Shown here piece after piece: positions 45,715 through 55,084 of a stretch of DNA of 64,000 bases; within the stretch, counting starts at the first letter, position 1; each line of letters starts with the position of its first letter. The notes beneath the pieces were generated by a model that saw only the letters and a program-made list of their open reading frames with translations, was not told the origin of the DNA and did not search any database. Source of the stretch: an uncultured bacterium. Lineage in GTDB: Bacteria; Deinococcota; Deinococci; Deinococcales; Trueperaceae. The stretch lies in assembly GCA_964655595.1 (NCBI GenBank), contig CAZZPQ010000001.1:144-64143 (forward strand). Reading direction: 5' to 3'. Both the position numbers and the translations under genes were made by a program.

Positions 45715-46215
45715 ATGAAATCACTCCTTATGATTCTCACAACTTTACTGCTCCTAATCATCATCAACCCTCTGAACCTGTCGCAAGAAGGCCAGACCCG
45801 TATTGCTTTTGTGGATTCACAGGCGGCCATACGCGCACATCCGGGCGGGCAGGCGTCCAGCGCCCTGGAAGCGCAGGCCCGCGCCGAAATCGAAGCCTTG
45901 CAGGCCGATTTACAGGTGCTGGTCTCGAAAGCAAACTCAGGACAGCAGTTAAGCACTGACGAGCAAAACCGCTTTGAAACCCTGCGCAGCACCATTGCCT
46001 CGGTACAAAACCGCTACGCGACAGAAATTGCCGAGACAGTTAGGCCAGCGCTCGAGGCCGTTGACGAAGCCATTCAGGCCATTGCAGAAGCCAACGATTA
46101 CTCGCTGGTACTGGACAGAGCAGTAGCTGGCCCTGAAGGCATCAATCTGGTGGTCTATGCCAAGAGCGGCCTTGATATTACCGAGCAGGTCATCGCTCGA
46201 GCCTTGGGACAGTAG
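45715..46215 (+). CDS. OmpH/Skp-like periplasmic chaperone
   Basis: 166 aa with a signal peptide, RIAFVDSQAAI, a long coiled Q/A/E-rich middle, and VLDR...VVYA...DIT at the C-terminus. Confidence 0.7.
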   Translation: MKSLLMILTTLLLLIIINPLNLSQEGQTRIAFVDSQAAIRAHPGGQASSALEAQARAEIEALQADLQVLVSKANSGQQLSTDEQNRFETLRSTIASVQNRYATEIAETVRPALEAVDEAIQAIAEANDYSLVLDRAVAGPEGINLVVYAKSGLDITEQVIARALGQ

Positions 46216-46329
46216 TTCGAGCTAAATCCCTCATCTGCGCTATACTAGGTGTAGCAATCTAGTGCTGTTCCAATATAGCGGCAAAGACTACTATAGTGGC
46301 AAAGACTACGCTTTTTTAGGAGATAAACA

Positions 46330-47421
46330 ATGAACCCACTAAACCAACTGCCCGACTTTGGTCAATCGGTATACATGGATGAAATCCGGCGTAGCTGGCT
46401 GGAAGATGGTACTCTGGCTAAACTGATACGCCATGACGGCATCCACGGGGTGACATCGAACCCGGCTATTTTTCAAAAAGCCATTGCCGAAACAGCTGAC
46501 TACCATGCTGCCATCGAAGAAGCGGTACAAGCGGGCAAGTCTGTTGAGGCGATCTATGAAGACCTGGTCATAGCCGACATTCAGGGTGCTGCGGACGCTT
46601 TTCGCGAGCAGTATGAAGCGAGTGATGGACGTTTTGGCTATGTCAGTCTCGAGGTCTCACCCAAACTCGCCTACGATACCGATGGCACGATAGCTGAAGC
46701 GCGTTACCTGTGGCAACGCTTAAGCCGTCCCAACGTGTTCATCAAGGTACCCAGCACCCGTGAGGGTTTGTCAGCCATTGAACAACTGATCAGCGAAGGC
46801 ATCAACGTTAATGTAACGCTGATTTTCGGGCTCGAGCGCTACCGTGAGGTAGTCGAAGCCTACATCCGAGGTTTGGAGCACCGCGCAGCAGCCGGGCAAA
46901 GCCTTAAACGCATTGCCTCGGTGGCGAGCTTTTTTCTGAGCCGCATCGATGTTTTGCTGGATCCTCTGCTGGATAAAGCAGGCGCACAGGAACTGATGGG
47001 CAAGGTAGCCGTTGCCAATGCCAAGGTGGCCTATCAAATCTACAAGGAGATTTTTTCTTCAGAGCGCTTTAGCTTACTGGAAGCGCAAGGTGCCAGACCG
47101 CAACCCTTGCTCTGGGCTTCGACTGGTACCAAAAATCCTGACTACGAAGACACCATGTACGTCGAACCGCTCATCGGTGAAAGTACCATCAATACGATGC
47201 CCGTTGCACTGATGGACGCTTACCGAGACCACGGCAAGCCTGCTGTGCGCATCGAAGAGGATGCTGCCGAATCACAGGCAGTGCTTGACCGCTTGAGCAG
47301 CCTGGGCATTAATCTGGCAGAAAAGACGCAACAGCTCGAGGACGAGGGAGTTGAGAAGTTTATCCAGCCTTTTGACAGCCTGATGGCAAGCCTGCGGGAG
47401 GCTGCCAAGCTGCCCACTTAG
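46330..47421 (+). CDS. tal: transaldolase (long, ~360-aa type)
   Basis: AGGAG precedes the ATG. QSVYMDEIRR, GVTSNPAIF and FIKVPST (active-site Lys region) support the call. Confidence 0.92.
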   Translation: MNPLNQLPDFGQSVYMDEIRRSWLEDGTLAKLIRHDGIHGVTSNPAIFQKAIAETADYHAAIEEAVQAGKSVEAIYEDLVIADIQGAADAFREQYEASDGRFGYVSLEVSPKLAYDTDGTIAEARYLWQRLSRPNVFIKVPSTREGLSAIEQLISEGINVNVTLIFGLERYREVVEAYIRGLEHRAAAGQSLKRIASVASFFLSRIDVLLDPLLDKAGAQELMGKVAVANAKVAYQIYKEIFSSERFSLLEAQGARPQPLLWASTGTKNPDYEDTMYVEPLIGESTINTMPVALMDAYRDHGKPAVRIEEDAAESQAVLDRLSSLGINLAEKTQQLEDEGVEKFIQPFDSLMASLREAAKLPT

Positions 47422-47427
47422 CTCACT

Positions 47428-47544
47428 TATTACGAAGCTCGATAAATTGAGTATAGATTTGAAAGGCAGTTCCTCGCTTCCTACTTGCTCTGCTCAGCAT
47501 AAAGCATTGGGATAAATCAAACGATTTATCCGGAACTGGCCTTA
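47428..47544 (+). repeat. F1 intergenic repeat, long form, moderately diverged
   Basis: TATTACGAAGCTCGATAAATTGAGTATAGATTTGAAAGGCAGTTCCTCGCTTCCTACTTGCTCTGCTCAGCATAAAGCATTGGGATAAATCAAACGATTTATCCGGAACTGGCCTTA. Confidence 0.75.
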
Positions 47545-47548
47545 GCCA

Positions 47549-48673
47549 TCAATCATGCAAAAACCAGCGCCCCTCCTGAAAGCTGACCAGCACTAATGAG
47601 CGCGGCTCAACACCCCAAGGACTTTGTGGACTAAAGCGAAAGACAGCGGTACTGCCCGCTACAGTACGCCCACTGGCAAAGGCATCCTTAAGAGCCAGGC
47701 GAAAACGCTGGGTGTCAGTCGGTGACACACCGTAGACAAGGGCTTCCTCGAGAGCTGCTTGTATCAGCAACATAGCGTCATAGGCATAGGCAGACTCAAG
47801 GCTCTCATAGCCTGGTCCAAAAGCCCGCGCCATATCCGACTGAAATCTCAGGATCATGGGTAGACTTGGGTGCGTTTCAGGTAACAGCTCAGTCACCAGA
47901 AAGGGACTCAGGATGAAACTGCCACCCTCGAGCCTGGCAGGTGGGCGGTCACCCGTCACGAGCGCCGGGTTGAGCAGCACTGACTGCTCGTAGCCACGAA
48001 CGCGCAAAGCCTGATAAGCCAGGATGCTGTCTGCCGTTCCTCCCCAGACAATGACCGCTTCGGGCAAGCGTGTCGCGACCCACAGCGCTTCGGGTGTGAG
48101 TACCGTGGCAGCGACAGGATACCGCAGGCTTTCAACCAGCCGGATACCCCCGGGACTGAGCAGTAATTCCAGCGCCTGCTCTGCTTCAGCGCCAATAGCG
48201 GTGTCAGCCGCCATCAGCGCCACAGTCTGCTTACCCTGCTCAGCAAACTTGAGAATGGCACTCTGTAAGCTTCTAAAGCTGCCAGCCTGCACACTAAAGC
48301 CTGTCGCTACTGCACTACTGTACGCTACGGGAGACAAGGTGAGCAAGCTGCCCTCAACCAGCTCTGCTACCGCACGATGACTGTCTGGCAAAGTGCAACA
48401 GATCAAGGCATGCACACCTTCATCCAGCAACTCGCCAGCAAGTGCCAGGGCACGGTTAGGGTTAGACTGATCATCACGAATCATAAGCTGCAAGCGCTGC
48501 CCCAGTGGGTTCGTGCGCAGCGCCTGCGGGTTCATGAAAGCTTCAAAGCCTCTGGCCTGAGCTTGTCCTAACTGGGCGGCCTCGCCAGTCTGGGAAAGAA
48601 TGATGCCGATTTTAAGGTCCTGAGCCAGACTGAGAGAGCTGATTAGCACACAAATGCAAATAAGAAAGCGCAT
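47549..48673 (-). CDS. periplasmic binding protein, LivJ/branched-chain amino acid type (orphan, no adjacent permease)
   Basis: The start is trimmed to MRFLICICVLISSLSLAQD. LKIGIILSQTGEAAQLGQAQARG is typical of type-1 PBPs. The longer ORF-track N-terminus would run through a terminator hairpin. Confidence 0.75.
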   Translation of the reverse strand: MRFLICICVLISSLSLAQDLKIGIILSQTGEAAQLGQAQARGFEAFMNPQALRTNPLGQRLQLMIRDDQSNPNRALALAGELLDEGVHALICCTLPDSHRAVAELVEGSLLTLSPVAYSSAVATGFSVQAGSFRSLQSAILKFAEQGKQTVALMAADTAIGAEAEQALELLLSPGGIRLVESLRYPVAATVLTPEALWVATRLPEAVIVWGGTADSILAYQALRVRGYEQSVLLNPALVTGDRPPARLEGGSFILSPFLVTELLPETHPSLPMILRFQSDMARAFGPGYESLESAYAYDAMLLIQAALEEALVYGVSPTDTQRFRLALKDAFASGRTVAGSTAVFRFSPQSPWGVEPRSLVLVSFQEGRWFLHD

Positions 48674-48733
48674 ACTGTGTTTTACCTGAAATACCAAGCA
48701 CTTAGATGAGAAGTCTCTCCCTTGGTACTTCAT

Positions 48734-48760
48734 AACAAAACCAGGGGCTTTCACCCCTGG
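48734..48760 (-). terminator. rho-independent terminator downstream of the ABC operon and of the F2/F1 repeats
   Basis: On the minus strand, the CCAGGGG-TGAAAG-CCCCTGG hairpin is followed by TTTTGTT. Confidence 0.55.
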
Positions 48761-48781
48761 CATGCCGCTATTAAATTTGCT

Positions 48782-48896
48782 TATACCGAGCCCGATAAAC
48801 TGGTTATAGATTTGAAGAGCAGTACCCTGCTTCCCACTTGCCCTGCTCCGGATGAATCATTGGGATAAACCCAAGGATATATTCGGAACTGGTATA
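48782..48896 (+). repeat. F1 intergenic repeat, long form
   Basis: TATACCGAGCCCGATAAACTGGTTATAGATTTGAAGAGCAG...CTGCTCCGGATGAATCATTGGGATAAACCCAAGGATATATTCGGAACTGGTATA. Confidence 0.8.
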
Positions 48897-48937
48897 AACA
48901 ATGAAATGACGTTAGGCAACTTACTGGTCTGAACATT

Positions 48938-49017
48938 AGACCTCTTGCAAAAGTCCAGATTGATAGCGATTCTAATCGGCCTTAAGATTGCCCAGTTGAT
49001 ACTTTCGCAAGAAGTCT
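48938..49017 (-). repeat. F2 intergenic repeat (inverted orientation)
   Basis: Its reverse complement is near-identical to 16154-16233. Confidence 0.8.
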
Positions 49018-49046
49018 ATTTCATGTTCAGCGATTTTACCAAAGGC

Positions 49047-50771
49047 TTATGGGGACTCAGTCCAGCGACGAATTAACTCTTCGTAGGACACGGTAACTGG
49101 CGTTGGTTTTTCGTTGTCCAGTTTTGGTTTGGGTGAGCCGGGCTGTGAAAGCCAGTATTCGGCGTCACGCACTTCATTCAGAACAGGACCCAGATCGCCC
49201 TGGACACCTGAACGCTGCAAACGCTCGAGCACTGCCTCTTGCTCGGAACAGAGTGCGTCTAGAGCTTGCTGGGCAGTTTTCTCACCTGAAGAAGCGTCCC
49301 CTATGTTCTGCCACCACAGTTGTGCCAGGCGTGGGTAGTCAGGAACATTTAGACCGGTATCCGACCAGCGAACACGATCAGGTGAACGGTAGAATTCAAC
49401 CAGACCACCCAATCTGGGAGCACGCTCGGTAAAGCTCTCGTGTCGAATGGTGCTGTCACGGATAAAGGTCAAACCAACGTGTGATTTTTTGACATCAACC
49501 GTTTTAGAAGCGATAAATTGAGCATAGAGCCAACCCGCTTGGGCGCGATCAACTGGCGTTGACTGCATCAGTGTGGCAGAACCAGCATCCTGATAGCCTA
49601 CTTTCATGCCCTCTTCCCAATAAGCGCCATAAGGCGAAGGGGCCATACGCCACTTAGGCGTGCCGTCTTCATTGACCACTGGCAAACCTTCAGCCACCAT
49701 ATCAGCAGTAAATGCCGTGTACCAGAACATCTGCTGTGCAATATTGCCCTGAGCAGGTACTGGACCCGCTTCCGAGAAGGTCATACCAGCCGCAGCCGGT
49801 GGGGTATACTTTTGCAGCCACTCGATGTACTTGTTAATAGCGTAAACGGCGGCAGGGCTGTTGGTTGCACCACCACGCACCACACAAGAACCAACAGGTT
49901 GATAGTTTTCATTGACGCGAATGCCCCACTCATCGACTGGGAAGCCATTCGGCTCACCGACATCACCCATGCCCGCCATAGACATCCAGGCATCGGTAAA
50001 ACGCCAGCCCAGGCTGGGGTCTTTTTTGCCGTAGTCCATGTTACCCCATACGGTAACACCGTCGATGACACGACCGGTAAAGAACTCGGCAATATCTTCA
50101 TAGGCTGACCAGTTGACAGGAACACCCAAATCATAACCATATTGCGCTTTGAAGTCAGCCATGATTTCAGGGTCGGTAAACCAGTCGTGGCGGAACCAGT
50201 AAAGGTTGGCAAACTGCTGGACCGGTAGCTGATAGAGCTTACCATCAGGCGCGGTGGCAAAGCTAAGCCCGATAAAATCATCCAGGTCCAGATCAGGGTT
50301 GGTAAAGGCTGCTCCTTCGTTAGCGATCCAATCGCTTATGTTGCGCACTTGCTGATAACGCCAGTGAGTACCGATTAAGTCAGCATCGTTGATATACATG
50401 TCATATATGTTCTGACCGGTCTGCATCTGGGTTTGCAAACGCTCGACCACATCACCTTCACCAATGAGATCATGGGTAACCTTGATACCGGTAATAGCAC
50501 TAAAGGCTGGTGCCAAAACCCTGGCCTCATATTCGTGGGTAGTAATCGTTTCCGAAACCACCGTAATCTCCATACCCCTTAGAGGTGCAGCAGCGTCGAT
50601 AAACCACTGCATCTCGGCTTCTTGCTCTGCGCGACTCAGCACGGACAGATCGCCAATTTCAGCGTCCAAAAACGCTTTTGCTGCATCCATATCAGCAAAA
50701 GATGTGCCACTGATAAGGCCCAACACCAGCGCGACTATCATGTACCTTAATGATTGTAGATTTGACTTCAT
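49047..50771 (-). CDS. large (574-aa) ABC transporter substrate-binding protein, GlpV-like
   Basis: It has a signal peptide and solute-binding family 1 character. The unusual ~575-aa size and the neighbourhood with DUF2160 match the glpSTPQUV-type transporter layout. Confidence 0.8.
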   Translation of the reverse strand: MKSNLQSLRYMIVALVLGLISGTSFADMDAAKAFLDAEIGDLSVLSRAEQEAEMQWFIDAAAPLRGMEITVVSETITTHEYEARVLAPAFSAITGIKVTHDLIGEGDVVERLQTQMQTGQNIYDMYINDADLIGTHWRYQQVRNISDWIANEGAAFTNPDLDLDDFIGLSFATAPDGKLYQLPVQQFANLYWFRHDWFTDPEIMADFKAQYGYDLGVPVNWSAYEDIAEFFTGRVIDGVTVWGNMDYGKKDPSLGWRFTDAWMSMAGMGDVGEPNGFPVDEWGIRVNENYQPVGSCVVRGGATNSPAAVYAINKYIEWLQKYTPPAAAGMTFSEAGPVPAQGNIAQQMFWYTAFTADMVAEGLPVVNEDGTPKWRMAPSPYGAYWEEGMKVGYQDAGSATLMQSTPVDRAQAGWLYAQFIASKTVDVKKSHVGLTFIRDSTIRHESFTERAPRLGGLVEFYRSPDRVRWSDTGLNVPDYPRLAQLWWQNIGDASSGEKTAQQALDALCSEQEAVLERLQRSGVQGDLGPVLNEVRDAEYWLSQPGSPKPKLDNEKPTPVTVSYEELIRRWTESP

Positions 50772-50915
50772 ATTTGCTCCCTTTATGATTTGCTAGAAGG
50801 CATTGTGATCACTCTGTGCGATAAGCACATCAGCCATGTGGCAAGGTAACTGCCAGTAACTGTTGGCTCGAGTATTCTCCATATCCCTTACATAATTTAC
50901 CTCCCTTTTTCCAGG

Positions 50916-51194
50916 TTAAACCCAGCGAAATACCAACACGGCATAAAGCCCGCAAATAAGTAGCGCCCACCAGGGTGAAAGGTCGCTAAGGCCCAGCCAG
51001 GCCACGTTGATAAAACCAGATCCCAGTAAGGTGATAAACAGCCGGTCACCTCTTGCAGTTTCAATGCCCAAAATCCCACGCCTGGGCGTTTCGGGAAATT
51101 TGACTGCCAAGATAGTAAAGATGGTGATAAGACTAGCGATAACAATAAAAAAGATCGCAGTAGGCCAGGTCCAGGCCATCCACTCTAGATTCAT
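50916..51194 (-). CDS. DUF2160 small membrane protein (GlpU-like)
   Basis: 92 aa. WTWPTAIFF...ETARGDRLFITLL and its position between the permease and the SBP support the call. Confidence 0.7.
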   Translation of the reverse strand: MNLEWMAWTWPTAIFFIVIASLITIFTILAVKFPETPRRGILGIETARGDRLFITLLGSGFINVAWLGLSDLSPWWALLICGLYAVLVFRWV

Positions 51195-51203
51195 AAGCCT
51201 CCT

Positions 51204-52037
51204 TTAAACCCGCCCCATGGCGAAGCCCTTGGCAATATAGTTGCGCACAAAGTAAATCACCAGCGCGCCTGGAATAATGGTCAAAACACCAGCTGCCGCC
51301 AGTACGCCCCAATCCAGACCTGATGCCGACACCGTACGGGTCATGGTTGAAGCGATGGGTTTCGCATTGACAGCGGTCAACGTACGGCTAAGAAGAAGCT
51401 CTACCCAGGAAAACATAAAGCAAAAGAAAGCCGTCACACCAATACCGCTGGCAATCAGCGGCATAAAAATTTTAGTGAAGAAGCGCACGAATGAATACCC
51501 ATCAAGATAGGCGGTTTCGTCGATTTCCTTGGGTACACCCCGCATGAAGCCCTCCAAAATCCAGACGGCCAGCGGTACGTTAAACAGGCAATGGGCCAAA
51601 GCCACCGCGATGTGGGTATCAAATAGGCCCACCGAGGAATAAAGCTGAAAAAAAGGCAGCGCAAACACCGCCGGTGGTGCCATGCGGTTAGTGAGCAACC
51701 AGAAAAACAAATGGTTGTCCCCCATAAAGCGATATCGTGAGAAGGCATAGGCCGCAGGTAAGGCAACCAGCACCGAAAGAACCGTGTTGGTCACCACGAA
51801 TATGATCGAGTTGACATATCCCATATACCATGAGGCGTCGGTAAGAATGGTGCGGTAGTTAGCCAGAGTAGGGTTGCGCGGCCACAGGCTAAAGGTACCC
51901 AAAATCTCCTGATTGGTCTTCAGGCTCATATTGATGAGCCAATAGATGGGTATCAGCAAAAAGAGTAAATATAAAATCATGATGATCGGTTTGATGGGAA
52001 ACCTGAAGCGTGAGCTCGAGCCAGACTGCACAGCCAT
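51204..52037 (-). CDS. carbohydrate ABC transporter permease
   Basis: 277 aa with 6 TM helices and the EAA-loop region DETAYLDGYSFVRFFTKIFMPL. Confidence 0.88.
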   Translation of the reverse strand: MAVQSGSSSRFRFPIKPIIMILYLLFLLIPIYWLINMSLKTNQEILGTFSLWPRNPTLANYRTILTDASWYMGYVNSIIFVVTNTVLSVLVALPAAYAFSRYRFMGDNHLFFWLLTNRMAPPAVFALPFFQLYSSVGLFDTHIAVALAHCLFNVPLAVWILEGFMRGVPKEIDETAYLDGYSFVRFFTKIFMPLIASGIGVTAFFCFMFSWVELLLSRTLTAVNAKPIASTMTRTVSASGLDWGVLAAAGVLTIIPGALVIYFVRNYIAKGFAMGRV

Positions 52038-52909
52038 TAGTAACGCTCCTCCTTATCTAAGTTGGTCATCACGGTAAAAAACACCCAGGAAATGAGTAGG
52101 ATAACCAGAAAATACATCAGCGAAAAAGCAGCTGCAGGTCCTAAATCGAACTGTCCCAGGGCCATCTTGACCAGGTCAATTGATAAAAACGTGGTAGCTG
52201 AGCCGGGACCACCACCCGTGACGACAAAGGGTTCAGTATAGATCATAAAGCTATCCATAAAGCGCAGCAAAATAGCAATCAACAGCACCCCGCGCAACTT
52301 GGGAAGCTCAATAAAGCGAAAGACAGACCAGCGGCTTGCCTGGTCAATTTTGGCAGCCTGGTAGTAGGCATCCGGAATCGATTTGAGCCCGGCATACGCC
52401 AGCAGTGCCACCAGCGAAGTCCAGTGCCAAACATCCATCACAATCACAGTGATCCAGGCGTGCAGCGGAACCTGGGTGTAGTTGTAGTTGATACCAAGCG
52501 TATTAAGCATGTGCCCCAAAAGCCCAATGTCTACCCGCCCTAAAATCTGCCAGATGGTACCCACCACATTAAAGGGAATTAGCAGGGGTAAGGCCATCAG
52601 CACCAGGCAGACCGACACCCAGACCCCACGTTTTGGCATGGCTTTGGCAATCAGGATACCCAGTGGAATCTGAATGGCTAACACGATTGCCGAAAAGATG
52701 AGTTGTCTTAAAAGAGCGTTATGCATGCGGCTAGATCTGAGAATTTGTTTAAACCAGTCCAGGCCTTGCCAGAAAAAAACATTGTTGCCAAAGGTGTCTT
52801 GCACTGAATAGTTCACCACTGTCATGAGCGGAATCACTGCCGAGAAGGCGACCAGAATAACTACCGGCAAAACCAGAAACCAAGCCTTGTTGTTAGGGGT
52901 TTTATCCAC
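52037..52909 (-). CDS. carbohydrate ABC transporter permease
   Basis: 290 aa with 6 TM helices and the EAA-like loop YQAAKIDQASRWSVFRFIELP. Confidence 0.88.
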   Translation of the reverse strand: MDKTPNNKAWFLVLPVVILVAFSAVIPLMTVVNYSVQDTFGNNVFFWQGLDWFKQILRSSRMHNALLRQLIFSAIVLAIQIPLGILIAKAMPKRGVWVSVCLVLMALPLLIPFNVVGTIWQILGRVDIGLLGHMLNTLGINYNYTQVPLHAWITVIVMDVWHWTSLVALLAYAGLKSIPDAYYQAAKIDQASRWSVFRFIELPKLRGVLLIAILLRFMDSFMIYTEPFVVTGGGPGSATTFLSIDLVKMALGQFDLGPAAAFSLMYFLVILLISWVFFTVMTNLDKEERY

Positions 52910-53990
52910 GGTGCACCTCTTGCTGCCCAGGTACTACGCGCCAATCATCGACATATACATTGATATGCTCAGGGTCAAAAAACATACTGGAATTGCTGGC
53001 AAGAGGCTTACCTTCAGGCAAAATAGCATTGATGGCATGGCCCTCAAAATCCAGGCGCACGATCTGATGGCGACCTACGTCCTCAACCCGTTTGATCGTG
53101 ACAGGCAATCCCTGCTCACTACTTAAACGCACAAAATCCGGGCGTACCCCAATCTGTACCCGCCCCTGCAACTTGGGGTAGCTGGCGGCTAGCAGCACCT
53201 GATGACCAGCGATAATGGCAGTATCACCTTCAATGCTGGCCCCCAGTACGTTCATGCCTGGTGAACCGATAAAGTAGCCCACAAAAGTGTGCTCGGGTGT
53301 CTTAAACAGTTCTTCTGGTGTGCCTAGTTGCATTACCCGTCCTTCATTCATCACCACCACTTTATCAGCAAAGGTAAGCGCCTCGGTTTGGTCGTGGGTG
53401 ACGTAGATCATGGTGTGCCCAAACTCCCGGTGTAGCGCTTTGAGTTGGGTACGCAGTTCCCACTTCATGTGTGGATCAATCACGGTTAAGGGTTCATCAA
53501 ACAATATCGCATTGACATCCTCGCGCACCATACCCCGACCCAGCGAGATCTTTTGCTTGGCATCGGCAGTGAGCCCCCTGGCTTTGCGGTTTAAGACCTC
53601 TGTCATATCTATCATTTCGGCAATTTTTTGTACCCGCTCGGCAATGTAGCTCGCCGAATTAGCACGGTTGCGTAGGGGAAAAGCCAGATTCTCTCGTACG
53701 GTCATAGTGTCGTAGACCACCGGAAACTGAAAGACCTGAGCGATGTTGCGCTCGGTGGTGGAGGCTGTAGTCACATCACGCTCGCCAAACAAGATGCGCC
53801 CGCGCGAAGGGGTGAGCAGCCCTGAGATGATGTTGAGCAGGGTAGTCTTGCCGCAGCCCGAGGCCCCCAAAAGGGCGTATGCTCCACCATCTTCCCAGAC
53901 GTGATTGAGTTCTTTAAGGGCATAATCCTGTTCACCTTGTGGGCTGGTCAGGTAAGAATGTGCTAGGTTTTCAAGGGTGATCTGTGCCAT
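52902..53990 (-). CDS. ABC transporter ATP-binding protein (MalK/UgpC-like)
   Basis: 362 aa with Walker A GASGCGKTT, the signature-like ISLGRG, Walker B ILFDEPL and a C-terminal regulatory domain. Confidence 0.92.
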   Translation of the reverse strand: MAQITLENLAHSYLTSPQGEQDYALKELNHVWEDGGAYALLGASGCGKTTLLNIISGLLTPSRGRILFGERDVTTASTTERNIAQVFQFPVVYDTMTVRENLAFPLRNRANSASYIAERVQKIAEMIDMTEVLNRKARGLTADAKQKISLGRGMVREDVNAILFDEPLTVIDPHMKWELRTQLKALHREFGHTMIYVTHDQTEALTFADKVVVMNEGRVMQLGTPEELFKTPEHTFVGYFIGSPGMNVLGASIEGDTAIIAGHQVLLAASYPKLQGRVQIGVRPDFVRLSSEQGLPVTIKRVEDVGRHQIVRLDFEGHAINAILPEGKPLASNSSMFFDPEHINVYVDDWRVVPGQQEVHRG

Positions 53991-53998
53991 AGACTCCT

Positions 53999-55084
53999 TT
54001 AGGTAGCATGCGCGTAGGATGCAGGTGCGACCAGTACCCCTTCTGAGGAAAACACATAGGCATGAGCGGGATCAAGCCAAAGCCGCAAGTCTTGACCTGG
54101 GCTTAAGTCAAGCACTCCGTGAACCAAACTCACCCAGCGGTTGCCGCGGTAGTCCAGATGGATAAACGTCTCCGAACCAGTGATTTCGGTGACTCGCACC
54201 TGGGCATCAAACTGCAATGCCTCTTTGGTTATTGACCGGATTTGCAAGTGACCGGCCCTAAACCCGCCTTGATAACTTCCATCTGGCAGGCGGGCAAAAA
54301 CCCCAACAGCGGGGGCCTTAAGACCAGCATAATGCAGGCTGTCGCCACGCTTATCCATGAGCAAAAAATTCATGGGTGGGTCAGAAAACACTCGAGCCGT
54401 CGTTGCATCGGCAGGTGCGCGGTAGACCTGGGGTGTAGGGCCAAATTGGGTAATGCGACCCTCAAACAAGGTGGCGGTGTTGCCCCCTAACAGCAAGGCT
54501 TCTTCAGGTTCGGTGGTGGCATAGACAAATATCGCCCCACTCTCAGCAAAGATGCGCGGAATGTCCTCACGCAACTCTTCACGCAGCTTGTAATCCAGGT
54601 TGGCTAAGGGTTCATCCAGCAGGACTAGGCCGGCCCCCTTGACCAGGGCTCTGGCCAGCGCGCAGCGTTGCTGCTGCCCCCCTGAAAGCTCGAGCGGTTT
54701 GCGCTCCAGCATGGGACCTAGCCGCAGCATTTCTGCGGTTGCACGTACCGCTTTATCAATATCAGCAGTTGACTTGCCCAAAATGCGCAGCGGCGAAGCG
54801 ATGTTGTCATAAACGGTCATGGAGGGGTAATTAATGAACTGCTGATAAACCATGGCAACCTGGCGGTCTTGTACACGCTGACCAGTCACATCCTGGTTGT
54901 TCCACAAGATACGCCCAGTAGCAGGTCTATCCAATCCAGCCATTAGCCTCATCAGCGAGGTTTTACCTGCTAGCGTAGGACCCAAGAGCACATTCATCGT
55001 GGCAGGCTCAAGACCTAGATTCGTCGGGTAAATATGCGTTTGCCCTTCGACGACCTTACTTACACCGTCCAACACCAATGCCAT
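53999..55084 (-). CDS. ABC transporter ATP-binding protein (second ATPase)
   Basis: Start taken at ATG 55084, with GGGAG 7 nt upstream. It has Walker A GPTLAGKTS, the signature LSGGQQQR and Walker B VLLDEPL. Confidence 0.92.
   Translation of the reverse strand: MALVLDGVSKVVEGQTHIYPTNLGLEPATMNVLLGPTLAGKTSLMRLMAGLDRPATGRILWNNQDVTGQRVQDRQVAMVYQQFINYPSMTVYDNIASPLRILGKSTADIDKAVRATAEMLRLGPMLERKPLELSGGQQQRCALARALVKGAGLVLLDEPLANLDYKLREELREDIPRIFAESGAIFVYATTEPEEALLLGGNTATLFEGRITQFGPTPQVYRAPADATTARVFSDPPMNFLLMDKRGDSLHYAGLKAPAVGVFARLPDGSYQGGFRAGHLQIRSITKEALQFDAQVRVTEITGSETFIHLDYRGNRWVSLVHGVLDLSPGQDLRLWLDPAHAYVFSSEGVLVAPASYAHAT

Noticed and set aside
46280-46309. A direct repeat GGCAAAGACTAC x2 (46280-46291 and 46298-46309) upstream of tal.
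   Set aside because: It could be a regulator binding site. However, it is a single occurrence with no linked regulator and no palindromic symmetry, so it is not supportable from sequence alone.
47549-48763. N-terminal extensions given by the ORF track for several genes: 47549-48763, 37843-39228, 42986-43642, 40442-41644, 43600-44268, 12086-13069 and 56551-57906.
   Set aside because: Internal starts give proper signal peptides or lipoboxes, Shine-Dalgarno spacing, or avoid running through terminators, repeats or the upstream gene. The extensions have no family similarity.
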